Below are positions 8,425-17,979 of a stretch of DNA of 49,691 nucleotides, piece by piece (the first letter of the stretch is position 1; every line of letters begins with the position of its first letter). A program made the translations under genes and the position numbers. The notes under the pieces are model-generated. The model was not told where the DNA came from. It did not search any database and saw only the letters and a list, made by a program, of their open reading frames with translations. This DNA is from Candidatus Micrarchaeota archaeon (GTDB lineage: Archaea; Micrarchaeota; Micrarchaeia; Anstonellales; Bilamarchaeaceae), in the NCBI GenBank assembly GCA_016926175.1, contig JAFGPA010000012.1:1-49691 (forward strand), given 5' to 3'.

Positions 8425-9828
8425 TCATGAGGATTTGAAATCAAGAGTATGCAGTCGCCCATATTTCATTTCATATACAGGTACGAGGGCGGGGGTAGGA
8501 ACATGGCCCTGTTTTATCTGGAAATCAGTACGGTCCTGGAATGTTCCGGAATTGATGACAAAAGTGCCGCGATACTGGGTATAGCCGTTTTTATGAACAT
8601 GGCCGCAGTGAAGGACATCAGGAGGCTCTTCCACCACCATATAGTCCACATTTTCAGGGATTATAAGATTTCCTCCATAGAGCGGGGAAAGGTGGCGGCG
8701 TTTCAGGTATTCGGTCATTACCTTCTCCGGATGGGAGTATGAAGTTCCCGGAACCGAGGCAATCATGGAATCTATGGAGGTGCCATGGTACATAAGGTGC
8801 TTTATCCCTTCAATGGAAAAACTGCATGGATTGCCAACCCGGTGGATATCAGATTCAAAGAGATCCTTGCCCATGGCAGGCTGTGGCTCGCCTCTTCTTA
8901 CGGCATCGTGATTGCCAGGGCCAGCTATTACCTCTATATGGTCAGGAAGATCCTCAAGAAAATCATCAAACATCTGATATTGCCTGTAGATGTCTTTGAC
9001 AACAAGATCTTTTTCCTGGTTTGGATAAATGCCTATGCCGTCAACAATATCTCCGGCTATGTTCAGGTATTTCACCTTCCCTGCAAGTTCCTTTGCCTCG
9101 CCCCTGCCGTGGAGCCAGTCTGAGAAGGTATCAAGGTATTTGTCAAGAAAATACCTGCTCCCAAAATGGATATCAGAAAGATACGCTGAAGCAACATCTA
9201 TCTCGGTTCTCTTTTTTTCACGTATGACTGGGAGGTCAGGCCATTCTATTTCTTCTGCTATCAAAAACGGCTCAAGTATCTTTCCTGAAAATGCGACAAC
9301 GTCATCTTTGAGGACGTTTCTGGCTTTTTCCATTGCCTTTTCGTTTGAAACAACGACTTTAAACTGGCCTGTCAGATCTTCAACTTCAAAAAGCAGGTTG
9401 CCTTTTTTTGTTTCCCGGACATCTGAAACAAGTACGATTATCCGGACTTTTTCATTGATGTGCCGCACAACATCGCAAAGATCAATGTTGTCTCCGGTGC
9501 CGCTCCTTCTGAGCATCCTCGATATGCGCTCATACCGGTTGCGAAAATGGCTGACAAAATTGTCAACTCCGCCTTTTGTCCGGGACTTGCCAGTGACATC
9601 AAGCCTGTGATCTATTTTGATATTTGCAGAATATTCCTTTGCAGGCGGACTGAAAAAGGAAGGTCTTTTCACCTCTACATTTATCAGCAAAAGAATGTCT
9701 TCCCTTGATATCAAAGGTTTGCCAAGCGCCAGGATTTTCTGAAAAAGTTCATTGGGGGGGTTTGAAGGCAATACAGCCTCAGCATCAGTTGTAAGCCTTA
9801 TTCCTCTTGCAGATAAATCCCCTATCAT
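8425..9828 (-). CDS. polD1: DNA polymerase D small subunit DP1
   Basis: OB fold, SDIHFGS, AGDIVDGIGIYPNQ, PGNHD, YHG, RRHLSPLYG and HCGHVH. Confidence 0.96.
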   Translation of the reverse strand: MIGDLSARGIRLTTDAEAVLPSNPPNELFQKILALGKPLISREDILLLINVEVKRPSFFSPPAKEYSANIKIDHRLDVTGKSRTKGGVDNFVSHFRNRYERISRMLRRSGTGDNIDLCDVVRHINEKVRIIVLVSDVRETKKGNLLFEVEDLTGQFKVVVSNEKAMEKARNVLKDDVVAFSGKILEPFLIAEEIEWPDLPVIREKKRTEIDVASAYLSDIHFGSRYFLDKYLDTFSDWLHGRGEAKELAGKVKYLNIAGDIVDGIGIYPNQEKDLVVKDIYRQYQMFDDFLEDLPDHIEVIAGPGNHDAVRRGEPQPAMGKDLFESDIHRVGNPCSFSIEGIKHLMYHGTSIDSMIASVPGTSYSHPEKVMTEYLKRRHLSPLYGGNLIIPENVDYMVVEEPPDVLHCGHVHKNGYTQYRGTFVINSGTFQDRTDFQIKQGHVPTPALVPVYEMKYGRLHTLDFKSS

Positions 9829-10064
9829 TTAGACGACTCTAATGCACTTATTATTGCCCAGATCTGCGTTCTGGCATGAGGAGGCATATTGATGTCTTCC
9901 GTAATCGATTCGATGAGATATATTGCTGCGCTTACCTTGACATTGGGCTCTTCATCTCCTTCCAGACGTCCTTTGGCATCTGATAGTGCTTTTCTTATGT
10001 TTTTGGGAATTGTATTGTCATTAACAAGATTATCCAGCATCTCAGTAATATCTTCAAGTTCCAT
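9825..10064 (-). CDS. UPF0147 family protein
   Basis: DNTIPKNIR...D.NMPPHARTQIW.IIS.LES. Confidence 0.9.
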   Translation of the reverse strand: MELEDITEMLDNLVNDNTIPKNIRKALSDAKGRLEGDEEPNVKVSAAIYLIESITEDINMPPHARTQIWAIISALESSK

Positions 10065-10198
10065 AAAATCACCTAAGGATAAGAATACTCTATAATCTGG
10101 TAGATAAGTAATTTAAATCATGGTTTTCCTGTTCTTCACTATTGCACCAGCAACTGCGACATAATATTTATATATGTTGTCTTCTAATTGGTCTAAAG

Positions 10199-10603
10199 AT
10201 GTCCAGTGCACTTACAAAAAGACCCGGCCAATTGGATGCCTGTGAACAAACCAGCCGTACTGTAAAGCAGTCGTTTATCAGGGCAACGGCCAAAACATTC
10301 GGGTTCAGTGATCTGCTGAAGATAAAAATAGCGGAGCTTGAACGGGCTTTTGACAAGGCGATAAGAATCAGACAGAGCGACGGCACCAGAATGCTTGTGC
10401 CCATAAGAGCGCTGGAACTGCATCCTGATGAAAAATCCCGGATAATAAAGGATGCCAGGACAGTTCTGCAAAAAGCAAATGCCAGAATAGCAAGCGATCA
10501 AACAAGCCTGTTTGAAATGAAAGAATCCATAGATGAATGCCAGAAGGCAATCTACAGCATCCACCCGCAACATCTTGCCGGAATATGGAAAATAAAAATA
10601 TAA
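10199..10603 (+). CDS. Hypothetical helical protein
   Basis: Open frame with a TATA-like TTTATA about 30 nt upstream of ATG 10199; no family recognised. Confidence 0.6.
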   Translation: MSSALTKRPGQLDACEQTSRTVKQSFIRATAKTFGFSDLLKIKIAELERAFDKAIRIRQSDGTRMLVPIRALELHPDEKSRIIKDARTVLQKANARIASDQTSLFEMKESIDECQKAIYSIHPQHLAGIWKIKI

Positions 10604-10605
10604 AT

Positions 10606-10897
10606 CGGGCCCGGGGGGAATTTCACAATTCTTAACGATCCTGATTTGAACCGTCTTTTTGATTTGAACCCCCGGCCTACAGCTGCCATCTGCTTCCGGC
10701 TTTCTGTTTCCTGCATCCCGAAGGAAGCCGGAGGGTCAAGGCCGGAAACATTAGAAGGCTGCCGCTCTATCCAAGTTGCTCCTGCAATTTAGCAGGCAGG
10801 TTTTGCCATGCTTCCCGATGGAAAGATATTTCTTTCCACGAGCGCGCCGAACAACGTCCGGTCGCGTTTACTAAAAAGCGGACTGAGCTACGGGCCC
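10606..10897 (-). tRNA. tRNA-Arg(TCT) with three introns (D-loop 10776-10882, 37/38 10685-10751, T-loop 10620-10662)
   Basis: Removing 107+67+43 nt leaves a 75-nt cloverleaf: GGGCCCG TA GCTC AGCTTGGATA GAGC G GCAGC CT TCT AA GCTGT AGGCC GGGGG TTCAAAT CCCCC CGGGCCC G. Confidence 0.9.
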
Positions 10898-10925
10898 TAA
10901 AAAGGAAATTATAATGGGGAAAGAA

Positions 10926-11006
10926 TTAATACTCTTCTTCGTCTTCTTCGCCCCATTCTTCTTCTTCAGATTCGTCATCTTCCCAATCTTCTTCCTCGTC
11001 AAACAT
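10926..11006 (-). CDS. Acidic micropeptide B, MFDEEEDWEDDESEEEEWGEEDEEEY (26 aa)
   Basis: RBS and start read GGGTG-TAATT-ATG; paralogous to the adjacent peptide. Confidence 0.7.
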   Translation of the reverse strand: MFDEEEDWEDDESEEEEWGEEDEEEY

Positions 11007-11016
11007 AATTACACCC

Positions 11017-11091
11017 TTAGAACTCCTCGTCTTCCTCTCCCCAGTCTTCTTCTTCGAAATCATCATCCTCGAGCTCATCTTCTTCGTCCAT
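11017..11091 (-). CDS. Acidic micropeptide A, MDEEDELEDDDFEEEDWGEEDEEF (24 aa)
   Basis: RBS and start read AGGTG-TCCAT-ATG, with a TTTAAAT TATA-like box about 35 nt upstream. Confidence 0.7.
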   Translation of the reverse strand: MDEEDELEDDDFEEEDWGEEDEEF

Positions 11092-11180
11092 ATGGACACC
11101 TTGAACTGGGTATGGTGTGGAAACATTTAAAATCTTACCTAGTATGCCGGATTAAAAATTGGAAATTTTATAAGAGGAAT

Positions 11181-11639
11181 ATGAAATTCGAAAAAATAGG
11201 ATGGAATGAAATTGCAGAGGATTGCAAAAAGCTTGCAAAAATGGTTGATGATAAGCCGGATTTAATAGTTGGTTTATCAAGAGGAGGCCTTGTGCCGGCA
11301 AGGATTTTAAGCGATATTCTGGATACCAAAATGCTTGTCCTTGGAATCAGGTTTTACAAAGGAATCGGAGAAAAAGAAGAAAATCCGGTCATAACGCAGG
11401 AGATGCCAAAAATCCAGGGCAAGAAGATTCTAATTGTTGATGACGTGGCTGATTCAGGAAAGAGCCTTGTAGCTGCAATGGAGTACCTTAAAGGAAATGA
11501 ATTGAAAGCTGCAACTCTGCATTATAAAAGAAGTTCAGAATACCGGCCTGACTATTTTGTCGGAACTACGGATGCCTGGATCATTTACCCCTGGGAAATC
11601 AATGAGATTGAGAGGCTACTTAAGTCTAATGGCCTCTAG
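11181..11639 (+). CDS. Type I phosphoribosyltransferase (purine PRT-like)
   Basis: IVGLSRGGLVP, ILIVDDVADSGKSL and WIIYPWE. The true start is ATG 11181, not 10914. Confidence 0.9.
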   Translation: MKFEKIGWNEIAEDCKKLAKMVDDKPDLIVGLSRGGLVPARILSDILDTKMLVLGIRFYKGIGEKEENPVITQEMPKIQGKKILIVDDVADSGKSLVAAMEYLKGNELKAATLHYKRSSEYRPDYFVGTTDAWIIYPWEINEIERLLKSNGL

Positions 11640-13514
11640 ATCCGCTATTGCCCTTGTATCCTTTCTCATCATTGCGCCAATTGAGCGGGCGAATTCATCG
11701 GTCTTGTTCCAGTCTCCATGCATTGTAAATACCCTTTCCGGAGACGGCCTCAGATTCTTAAGATACGCCATAAGCTGTGCCCTGTCGCTGTGGCCCGAAA
11801 AGCCTTCTGCAGTTTCAACGCGCATGTTGATTTTCAGGGATTTCATCCTGCCGTCATCGCCAAGCATTGGCACCTCTTTCTGCCCTCTCTGGATCTTGCT
11901 GCCCAGTGAAAGCGCACTCTGATAGCCGCAGAATATAAGTGCATTCTTCGGATCATCGGCAAGCAGCTTAAGGTATTCATATGACGGACCGCCTGTAAGC
12001 ATGCCTGATGGCGCAAGTATCACTGCCGGCTCGTCAGGAGCAACGATTTGCTCCTTGTCTGTTCCCTTTGCAACACGCAGTATTGGAGATTCGAAAGGAC
12101 TCCTGTCTGAAAGAATCCTTCTCTGGAGCTGCTCCCTGAGATATTCAGGGTATGCAGTGTGTATTGCAGATGCTTCAAGAATCATTCCATCAATGTATAT
12201 GGGTATGTTGAAGTCAGGGTCCCTTCTTGCATATTCTTCAATAACAAGGAGGAGCTCCTGTGATCTTCCGACAGCAAATGCCGGAATGAGAACTTTTCCT
12301 CTTTGTACGGCGGTTTCCTTGATTATTCTCATCAGCCGCTTTTCTGAATCAAATCGGTTTACAGATATATCATTTCTTCCGCCATATGTGGATTCTATAA
12401 ACATTGTTTCCAGCCTTGGAAACCTGGTATTTGCCGGGTCAAAAAGCCTTGTGAAGCCGAATTTTATGTCTGCAGAATAAACAAGATTGTGGGCGCCTTC
12501 GCCAATGTGAAGATGGACTGATGAACTTCCAAGAATGTGCCCCGCGTTGTAAAGCGTCATTTTGATTTCCGGGGTGATATCCACAACTTCCTCATAATCA
12601 ACAGTTATGACATTTCTGAGTTCTTTCTGGATGTCCTTTTTCTTGTACGGCGCATCAACATTGAAAACCTTGTTGCAGAGATTCAGATAATCCTGCTGCA
12701 AAAGGGCCATAAAATCCCTGGATGGCGGAGTGCAGTAAACCGGGCCTTCATAGCCATAGGCAAACAAAAATGGCAGGAATCCCATGTGATCCATATGTCC
12801 ATGGCTGATCACCACTGCATCAATATCTTCAAGTGAGAATCCGGCCATGTTCAGGTAAGGATATGCTTTTGTAGGATCAGATGTTGCAGGATTGACTCCT
12901 ACATCAACAAGCACCTTGCTGTTGGGGGTCTGTATCAGAAGACATGACCTGCCGATTTCCCTGAACCCTCCAAGTGCCATTACGCGAATCCAGTCGCTTG
13001 AAGGCGGATTCTGGCATATCTTTTTTCCAATATTAATCAGGAATTTTTTTCTTTCGTCAGCTTCTGCCACTGCGCTTTTCCTTACTCCATCCAGCGTTGC
13101 TGAAGGCATTGTAGGGGCACGCAATGTAACCGGAGCCCAGTTTGTCTCAAGCATTATCTGCTTAAGGATTGAGCCTCCTTTGCCGATCACAAGGCCGGGC
13201 TTTATAGCCTCAATCCTTACTTCGCACATTTCCGGAACGAAGGTAATCTTTTTTATCTCGGCTTCTGGAGGAACAACCTGCTCAATAAGCTTCTGGGCTT
13301 TGTCTGTCTGCATGAGCTGGGTTGGATCAACCCTGATTGTTACCTTCTTCTTTAATGCCCCTGCAAGTTCCTTTATAAGGCGGTCATTTTCATAAAAAGC
13401 CCTTATGTTCCTGATATAAATAACTGTTGAAAGCCCTTCAGGCTCTACCTTTGTCACTTCGCAGTTTTTTGGCATAATGTCATTAATCTTTTTTACAATG
13501 TCCTTAAAGTGCAA
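11616..13514 (-). CDS. fttA: Archaeal beta-CASP ribonuclease aCPSF1 (FttA) with KH domains
   Basis: KPGLVIGKGG (KH), SHGHMDH, AGHILGS, ESTYG and GFSGHSD. A TTG start after GGGGTG is inferred. Confidence 0.95.
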   Translation of the reverse strand: MHFKDIVKKINDIMPKNCEVTKVEPEGLSTVIYIRNIRAFYENDRLIKELAGALKKKVTIRVDPTQLMQTDKAQKLIEQVVPPEAEIKKITFVPEMCEVRIEAIKPGLVIGKGGSILKQIMLETNWAPVTLRAPTMPSATLDGVRKSAVAEADERKKFLINIGKKICQNPPSSDWIRVMALGGFREIGRSCLLIQTPNSKVLVDVGVNPATSDPTKAYPYLNMAGFSLEDIDAVVISHGHMDHMGFLPFLFAYGYEGPVYCTPPSRDFMALLQQDYLNLCNKVFNVDAPYKKKDIQKELRNVITVDYEEVVDITPEIKMTLYNAGHILGSSSVHLHIGEGAHNLVYSADIKFGFTRLFDPANTRFPRLETMFIESTYGGRNDISVNRFDSEKRLMRIIKETAVQRGKVLIPAFAVGRSQELLLVIEEYARRDPDFNIPIYIDGMILEASAIHTAYPEYLREQLQRRILSDRSPFESPILRVAKGTDKEQIVAPDEPAVILAPSGMLTGGPSYEYLKLLADDPKNALIFCGYQSALSLGSKIQRGQKEVPMLGDDGRMKSLKINMRVETAEGFSGHSDRAQLMAYLKNLRPSPERVFTMHGDWNKTDEFARSIGAMMRKDTRAIADLEAIRLK

Positions 13515-13543
13515 GAAAAACACCCCTTCAAATTAGAAAAAAA

Positions 13544-14176
13544 TTATGATTTCAAAATTTTATTTACGTATTCTTTGCTCATTCTCTTGAAACCAGATGT
13601 TGTTACGATACAAAGATCAACGCGTTCTCCGCTTGCGGCATCTCTTTTCATTGCAGCGCTCACTGCCTTTGCCGCAACTTCCATGTTGACAATAGTGTCC
13701 TTGTTTTCTTTGTAAAGCTCTTCAAGAACACCGTATGCAATTGGAGATCCGCTTCCCGTGGAAGTAAGATGCTCTTCGGTTAGCCCTCCCATCATATCAA
13801 CAGAAAAAAGTCTTGGTTTATCATCAACTCCCCCTACAAGAAGCTGAACAAAGAACGGGAAAAATTTATGCTGTGCCAGGATGTTTCCCAGCAGTGTAGC
13901 TGCGGCCTCAACACCCATCTGCCTTTCATGCTTTAGCTCATAGAGCTTGATTTCTGCTTTCATCCATCTTACAAGCGTCTGGGCATCACCAACACTGCCT
14001 GCAATTGTCATGGCAATGCGGTCATCGATTTCGTATATTTTGTCAATGTCCTTACTTGCAATGAGATACCCCATAGTCGCCCTCCTATCACTAGCCAGAA
14101 CAACTCCATCCTTACAAACTAGACCTACAGTGGTAGTTCCTGTTTGAACACCCTGGGTTTGCTTCGCGCTATCCAT
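13544..14176 (-). CDS. psmB: Proteasome beta subunit
   Basis: Propeptide followed by G|TTTVG, then ASDRRAT, GSGS and RDAASG. Confidence 0.97.
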   Translation of the reverse strand: MDSAKQTQGVQTGTTTVGLVCKDGVVLASDRRATMGYLIASKDIDKIYEIDDRIAMTIAGSVGDAQTLVRWMKAEIKLYELKHERQMGVEAAATLLGNILAQHKFFPFFVQLLVGGVDDKPRLFSVDMMGGLTEEHLTSTGSGSPIAYGVLEELYKENKDTIVNMEVAAKAVSAAMKRDAASGERVDLCIVTTSGFKRMSKEYVNKILKS

Positions 14177-14292
14177 ATAACCAACTTTGGGAGAATTAAT
14201 AAAACAACTAACATCCTGAATCTTTTTAAAACAATCTAATATTCATGGAAAATTAGTGCTGTTATAATCTATGGCATATAGTATTTATAATA

Positions 14293-16917
14293 CTATCGGA
14301 TTATGTGTTTCTCCATTTTCATTGCTCCCCAGACAATTGCAACGAATACCAGGCCAACCGCCCATGTAATAAGCCAGTCCATGAGATCCGGTGCAGTGAC
14401 ATTGAACCATGATGACAGATCGGTATAGAGAAGGACAATCTGCAGAACAAAACTTGCAAGTACGGAAAGATGAAGCCATTTATTTGTCAGGAACCTGGTA
14501 TTGTATCTCCAGCGGACAAGATAGACGGAGATTATTTCAAAAACAATGAATGAAGTGAAAAACATGGTCTGGGCTTTTATAATATCGTGGTTAAGGGAAT
14601 AAAATGCATATATTAAGATAACAGCAAGCATTTCAAAAATTCCTATAACAGCAATGAAGTAAAGGACGTTTTTGCTGATGATTCTTTCTTTCCTGTCCCT
14701 TGGCTTGTTCTGCATTACATCGGAACTTGGAGGATCTGCTCCAAGCGCCAGTGCAGGAAGACCGTCAGTAAGAAGGTTTATCCAGAGAAGCTGGATTGCT
14801 ATTTTTGATGAAATGCCCAGCGGAGAGAGAGTTGCAATTAACACTGCAAGAACTTCCGAGGTATTGGCACCCAAAAGCAGGGTAACGAATTTTCTTACGT
14901 TTGTAAATGACGCCCTTCCCTCTGCAATTGAATTTTTTATTGTTATGAAATTATCATCAAGGATTATCATGTCGCTGGCTTGCTTTGTAACTTCGGTGCC
15001 TCTGATGCCCATGGCAATGCCTACGTCAGAATTCTTGATGGCCGCGGCATCATTTACGCCGTCCCCGGTCATGCAGACAATATGACGGTTTTTTTGCAGT
15101 GCGCGCAGAAGCATAACCTTGTGTTTCGGACTGGTTCTTGCATAGATGTCATGCTCTTCAACTTTTTTCAGCAGCTGCTCTTCGCTTAGAGCATCAAGTT
15201 CGGTGCCTGTAATTACACTATCACGGAAACCAAGATCGCGGCCAATTGCTGCGGCTGTGTATTTGTTATCCCCGGTTATCATAACAACACGGATTCCGGC
15301 CTTTCTGCAATCCTGGATCGCCTCTTTCACGCCTTCTCTTGGAGGATCGATCATTCCCATGAGGCCAAGGAAAATCAGGTCTGATTCAGGGTTTTTTTTG
15401 CCGTTTTCAGTGTAGGCAAAGGCAAGAACCCTGAGTGCGCTTCCCGCCATGTCGATATTTTTCCTTGAGATTTCCTCTGCGTCTTTTTTGGTCATTTTCC
15501 TTATGCTGTTTTTGATTTTGATTCTCTTGCACCTTGAAAGTACTTCTTCTGGAGCTCCTTTGACGAAGGAGGTGTCTCCGTGAAGGGTGGACATCAGTTT
15601 TCTGTCAGAAGAAAAGGGGATTTCATTGCTTCTTGGATGGTCCTGGCGCAGCATGTCAACATCCATTTTTGCCTTGTATGCAGGAATAAGAACGGCTATT
15701 TCCGTGGGGTCGCCCCGGAATCCTTGTTCTGTTTCCCTGGAATCGTTGCAGAGAACTGCACATTTCAGGAGCTGGTCCAGCTGCTCAACTGCGCCTTCCC
15801 TGCTAATCAGTTCTCCCAGCTTTGCGAGCCCGGAACCGGAAACATAAAACAATGCTCCGGGAACATACATCCTTGTAACAGTCATGGTATTTTCGGTGAG
15901 CGTGCCTGTTTTGTCGCTGCATATAACATCGACAGAACCAAGATCCTGAATAGTGGACAGCCTCCGGGTAAGAGCTTTTTGCCTGAGCATCCTGTTCGTT
16001 GCTATTGATAATGACAGGGTAACAACTGCAGGCAGGCCTTCTGGAATGGCAGCAACCCCAAGGGCAACTGCGGCAATAAATATGAAGAGCAGATCCCCGG
16101 TTCTTAAAAGGAATTCCGTCGTTACTATTATAAAAAGCACAAAAAGCGTAATGTACATTATTTTCTTTCCTACATCCTCAATTTCGATCTGGAACTGCGT
16201 TGTTTTTTCTGGAGCATCTGATATTTCCTTTGCAATTTTCCCAACTTCAGTCTTAAGCCCTGTTTCAACAACAACGGCAGTTCCGCGCCCCCTTGTGATT
16301 ACAGAATTCATGTAAAGCATGTTTTTTCTTTCTGCAAGAGGCAGGTTGTCTGAAAGTTTTCCCGTTGATTTCAGGGATGGTACGCTCTCTCCTGTGAGGG
16401 CTGATTCATCTGCATGCAGGGAAAATGATTCTATTATCCTTGCGTCTGCCGCAACCTTGTCACCTTCGCGCAAAAGCAGAATGTCTCCAGGAACAACATC
16501 GTCTGACTGGATTTCCGTTTCCTTTCCGTCGCGCAGTACTGTTGCCTTTGGAGCTGACATTTTGGACAATGCTTCGATTGTCCGTTCCGCCTTGTACTCC
16601 TGGAAAAAACCAAAAAATGCATTGGCAATTACTATTGCAAAAATAAGAATGGAATCAAGGTAGTCCGATTCGCCTGGACCGATATAGGAAACGGCAAATG
16701 AAACAACAGCTGCAAAAAGAAGGACAATGACGAGGGCATTCTTAAACTGCTCAAGGAAGATCTTGAGTGGAGAAATCCGCTTTTCAATGATTATTGAATT
16801 CAGGCCATACTGAGCCAGCCGCTCCTCTGCCTGCAATCCGGTAAGGCCGGATTTGCCGGAATGCAAATCGGATAGGATTTCTTTTATTCCTTTTTCATGC
16901 CATTCCATCGGAATCAT
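14293..16917 (-). CDS. P-type (P2A, Ca2+-like) cation-transporting ATPase
   Basis: TGES, IPEGLP, DKTGTLT, KGAPE, DPPR, TGDGVND and QLLWINLLTD. Confidence 0.95.
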   Translation of the reverse strand: MIPMEWHEKGIKEILSDLHSGKSGLTGLQAEERLAQYGLNSIIIEKRISPLKIFLEQFKNALVIVLLFAAVVSFAVSYIGPGESDYLDSILIFAIVIANAFFGFFQEYKAERTIEALSKMSAPKATVLRDGKETEIQSDDVVPGDILLLREGDKVAADARIIESFSLHADESALTGESVPSLKSTGKLSDNLPLAERKNMLYMNSVITRGRGTAVVVETGLKTEVGKIAKEISDAPEKTTQFQIEIEDVGKKIMYITLFVLFIIVTTEFLLRTGDLLFIFIAAVALGVAAIPEGLPAVVTLSLSIATNRMLRQKALTRRLSTIQDLGSVDVICSDKTGTLTENTMTVTRMYVPGALFYVSGSGLAKLGELISREGAVEQLDQLLKCAVLCNDSRETEQGFRGDPTEIAVLIPAYKAKMDVDMLRQDHPRSNEIPFSSDRKLMSTLHGDTSFVKGAPEEVLSRCKRIKIKNSIRKMTKKDAEEISRKNIDMAGSALRVLAFAYTENGKKNPESDLIFLGLMGMIDPPREGVKEAIQDCRKAGIRVVMITGDNKYTAAAIGRDLGFRDSVITGTELDALSEEQLLKKVEEHDIYARTSPKHKVMLLRALQKNRHIVCMTGDGVNDAAAIKNSDVGIAMGIRGTEVTKQASDMIILDDNFITIKNSIAEGRASFTNVRKFVTLLLGANTSEVLAVLIATLSPLGISSKIAIQLLWINLLTDGLPALALGADPPSSDVMQNKPRDRKERIISKNVLYFIAVIGIFEMLAVILIYAFYSLNHDIIKAQTMFFTSFIVFEIISVYLVRWRYNTRFLTNKWLHLSVLASFVLQIVLLYTDLSSWFNVTAPDLMDWLITWAVGLVFVAIVWGAMKMEKHIIR

Positions 16918-17765
16918 TTTGCAGGTTCAACTTTAACAAGGGTTACCTCAAAATTCAAGGTTTTATTTGCAAGCGGATGATTGTAATCCAGGGTTATATT
17001 GTCATCGGTCTTGTCAACAACACTGAATATCTGTGGCACTCCTGTTTCTGGATTTGGAAGCAGATAACTTTGATTTACATCAAGTGCAAATTCGATGGTT
17101 GCAGTGAAATTAGAGGTATTGGCGATTCTCTGTGGAATGCCGTTTAGTTCGAATTCGGCGCCTGGAATGAAAAGATAGAAAAGTGTCACATTTTCCTCAT
17201 TGAAATCATTAATGAAAACAGTTCCGTATGGGCTTTCAAAACCTGTGCCGTTTGATATGTTTATGCCCTGGGACTCAAGATAAGACCTGGGAATTGTTTC
17301 GTAGAAGCTCTTTTCATAATATCTCTGAACAGCGATTATTTTGGTCGGATCATGATTCCCGTATCCTCTTGCCGGATCAACATCATATCTTACAGTTTCA
17401 TTTACTTTCATGCCAATGGTGTTTATGATTACACCGTCTATAATGCCTTTTCCGAATTCAACGGTAAATTTCAGCGGCTCATACATTCTTCCAGGATTGT
17501 ACTCGCTGGTTCCAAAAACAAGATCCAGCCTGCTGGTATCATAGATTTCATCATCAATCCTCAGTACATAATCAATCCAGACAGTATCACCAAGCTGAAC
17601 AGAATAATCCGGACCCGGAACAGTAACATTAGTTATATTCTCGGTGAGATTCGCAGGCGGGGTTACATTGGTCATGTTCGTCTCATTTAGAGGAGGGGTC
17701 TGTGCAACACACCCGGCAAAAACCATCGCAAAAACCATCATAAGAAAGATCAACATATATCTCAT
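16914..17765 (-). CDS. FKBP/SlyD-type PPIase with lipoprotein signal and large insertion
   Basis: FAGC lipobox; GDTVWIDY..YDTS, P..GYG and LDYNHPLANKTLNFEV. Confidence 0.85.
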   Translation of the reverse strand: MRYMLIFLMMVFAMVFAGCVAQTPPLNETNMTNVTPPANLTENITNVTVPGPDYSVQLGDTVWIDYVLRIDDEIYDTSRLDLVFGTSEYNPGRMYEPLKFTVEFGKGIIDGVIINTIGMKVNETVRYDVDPARGYGNHDPTKIIAVQRYYEKSFYETIPRSYLESQGINISNGTGFESPYGTVFINDFNEENVTLFYLFIPGAEFELNGIPQRIANTSNFTATIEFALDVNQSYLLPNPETGVPQIFSVVDKTDDNITLDYNHPLANKTLNFEVTLVKVEPAK

Positions 17766-17782
17766 ATCATCATCTCAAAAAT

Positions 17783-17889
17783 TGGGGTTACAGGGATTCG
17801 AACCCCGATATGCAGGTTACGGCCTCACATTGCCACATAAGCGGCGGGATCTGGAGCCTGCCGTACTAACCTGGTTATACTATAACCCC
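17783..17889 (-). tRNA. tRNA-Trp(CCA) with ~33-nt anticodon-loop intron (about 17818-17850)
   Basis: Acceptor stem GGGGTTA/TAACCCC; anticodon arm GCAGG-CT-CCA-G|A-CCTGC; TTCGAAT loop. Confidence 0.9.
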
Positions 17890-17979
17890 AATAAGCAAGG
17901 AAAATTAATCCTTACACATTTAAATCAGTATCTTCGCAGCAGCAACAGTATTTAACCGTTGTCGATCATTTCTATCATT

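Noticed and set aside
10926-11126. 66-aa ORF in the track
   Set aside because: Its N-terminus is an out-of-frame read of micropeptide A. The RBS points to ATG 11006.
10914-11180. N-terminal extension of the 241-aa PRTase ORF
   Set aside because: It is the antisense shadow of the two acidic micro-ORFs. The PRTase domain starts at ATG 11181.
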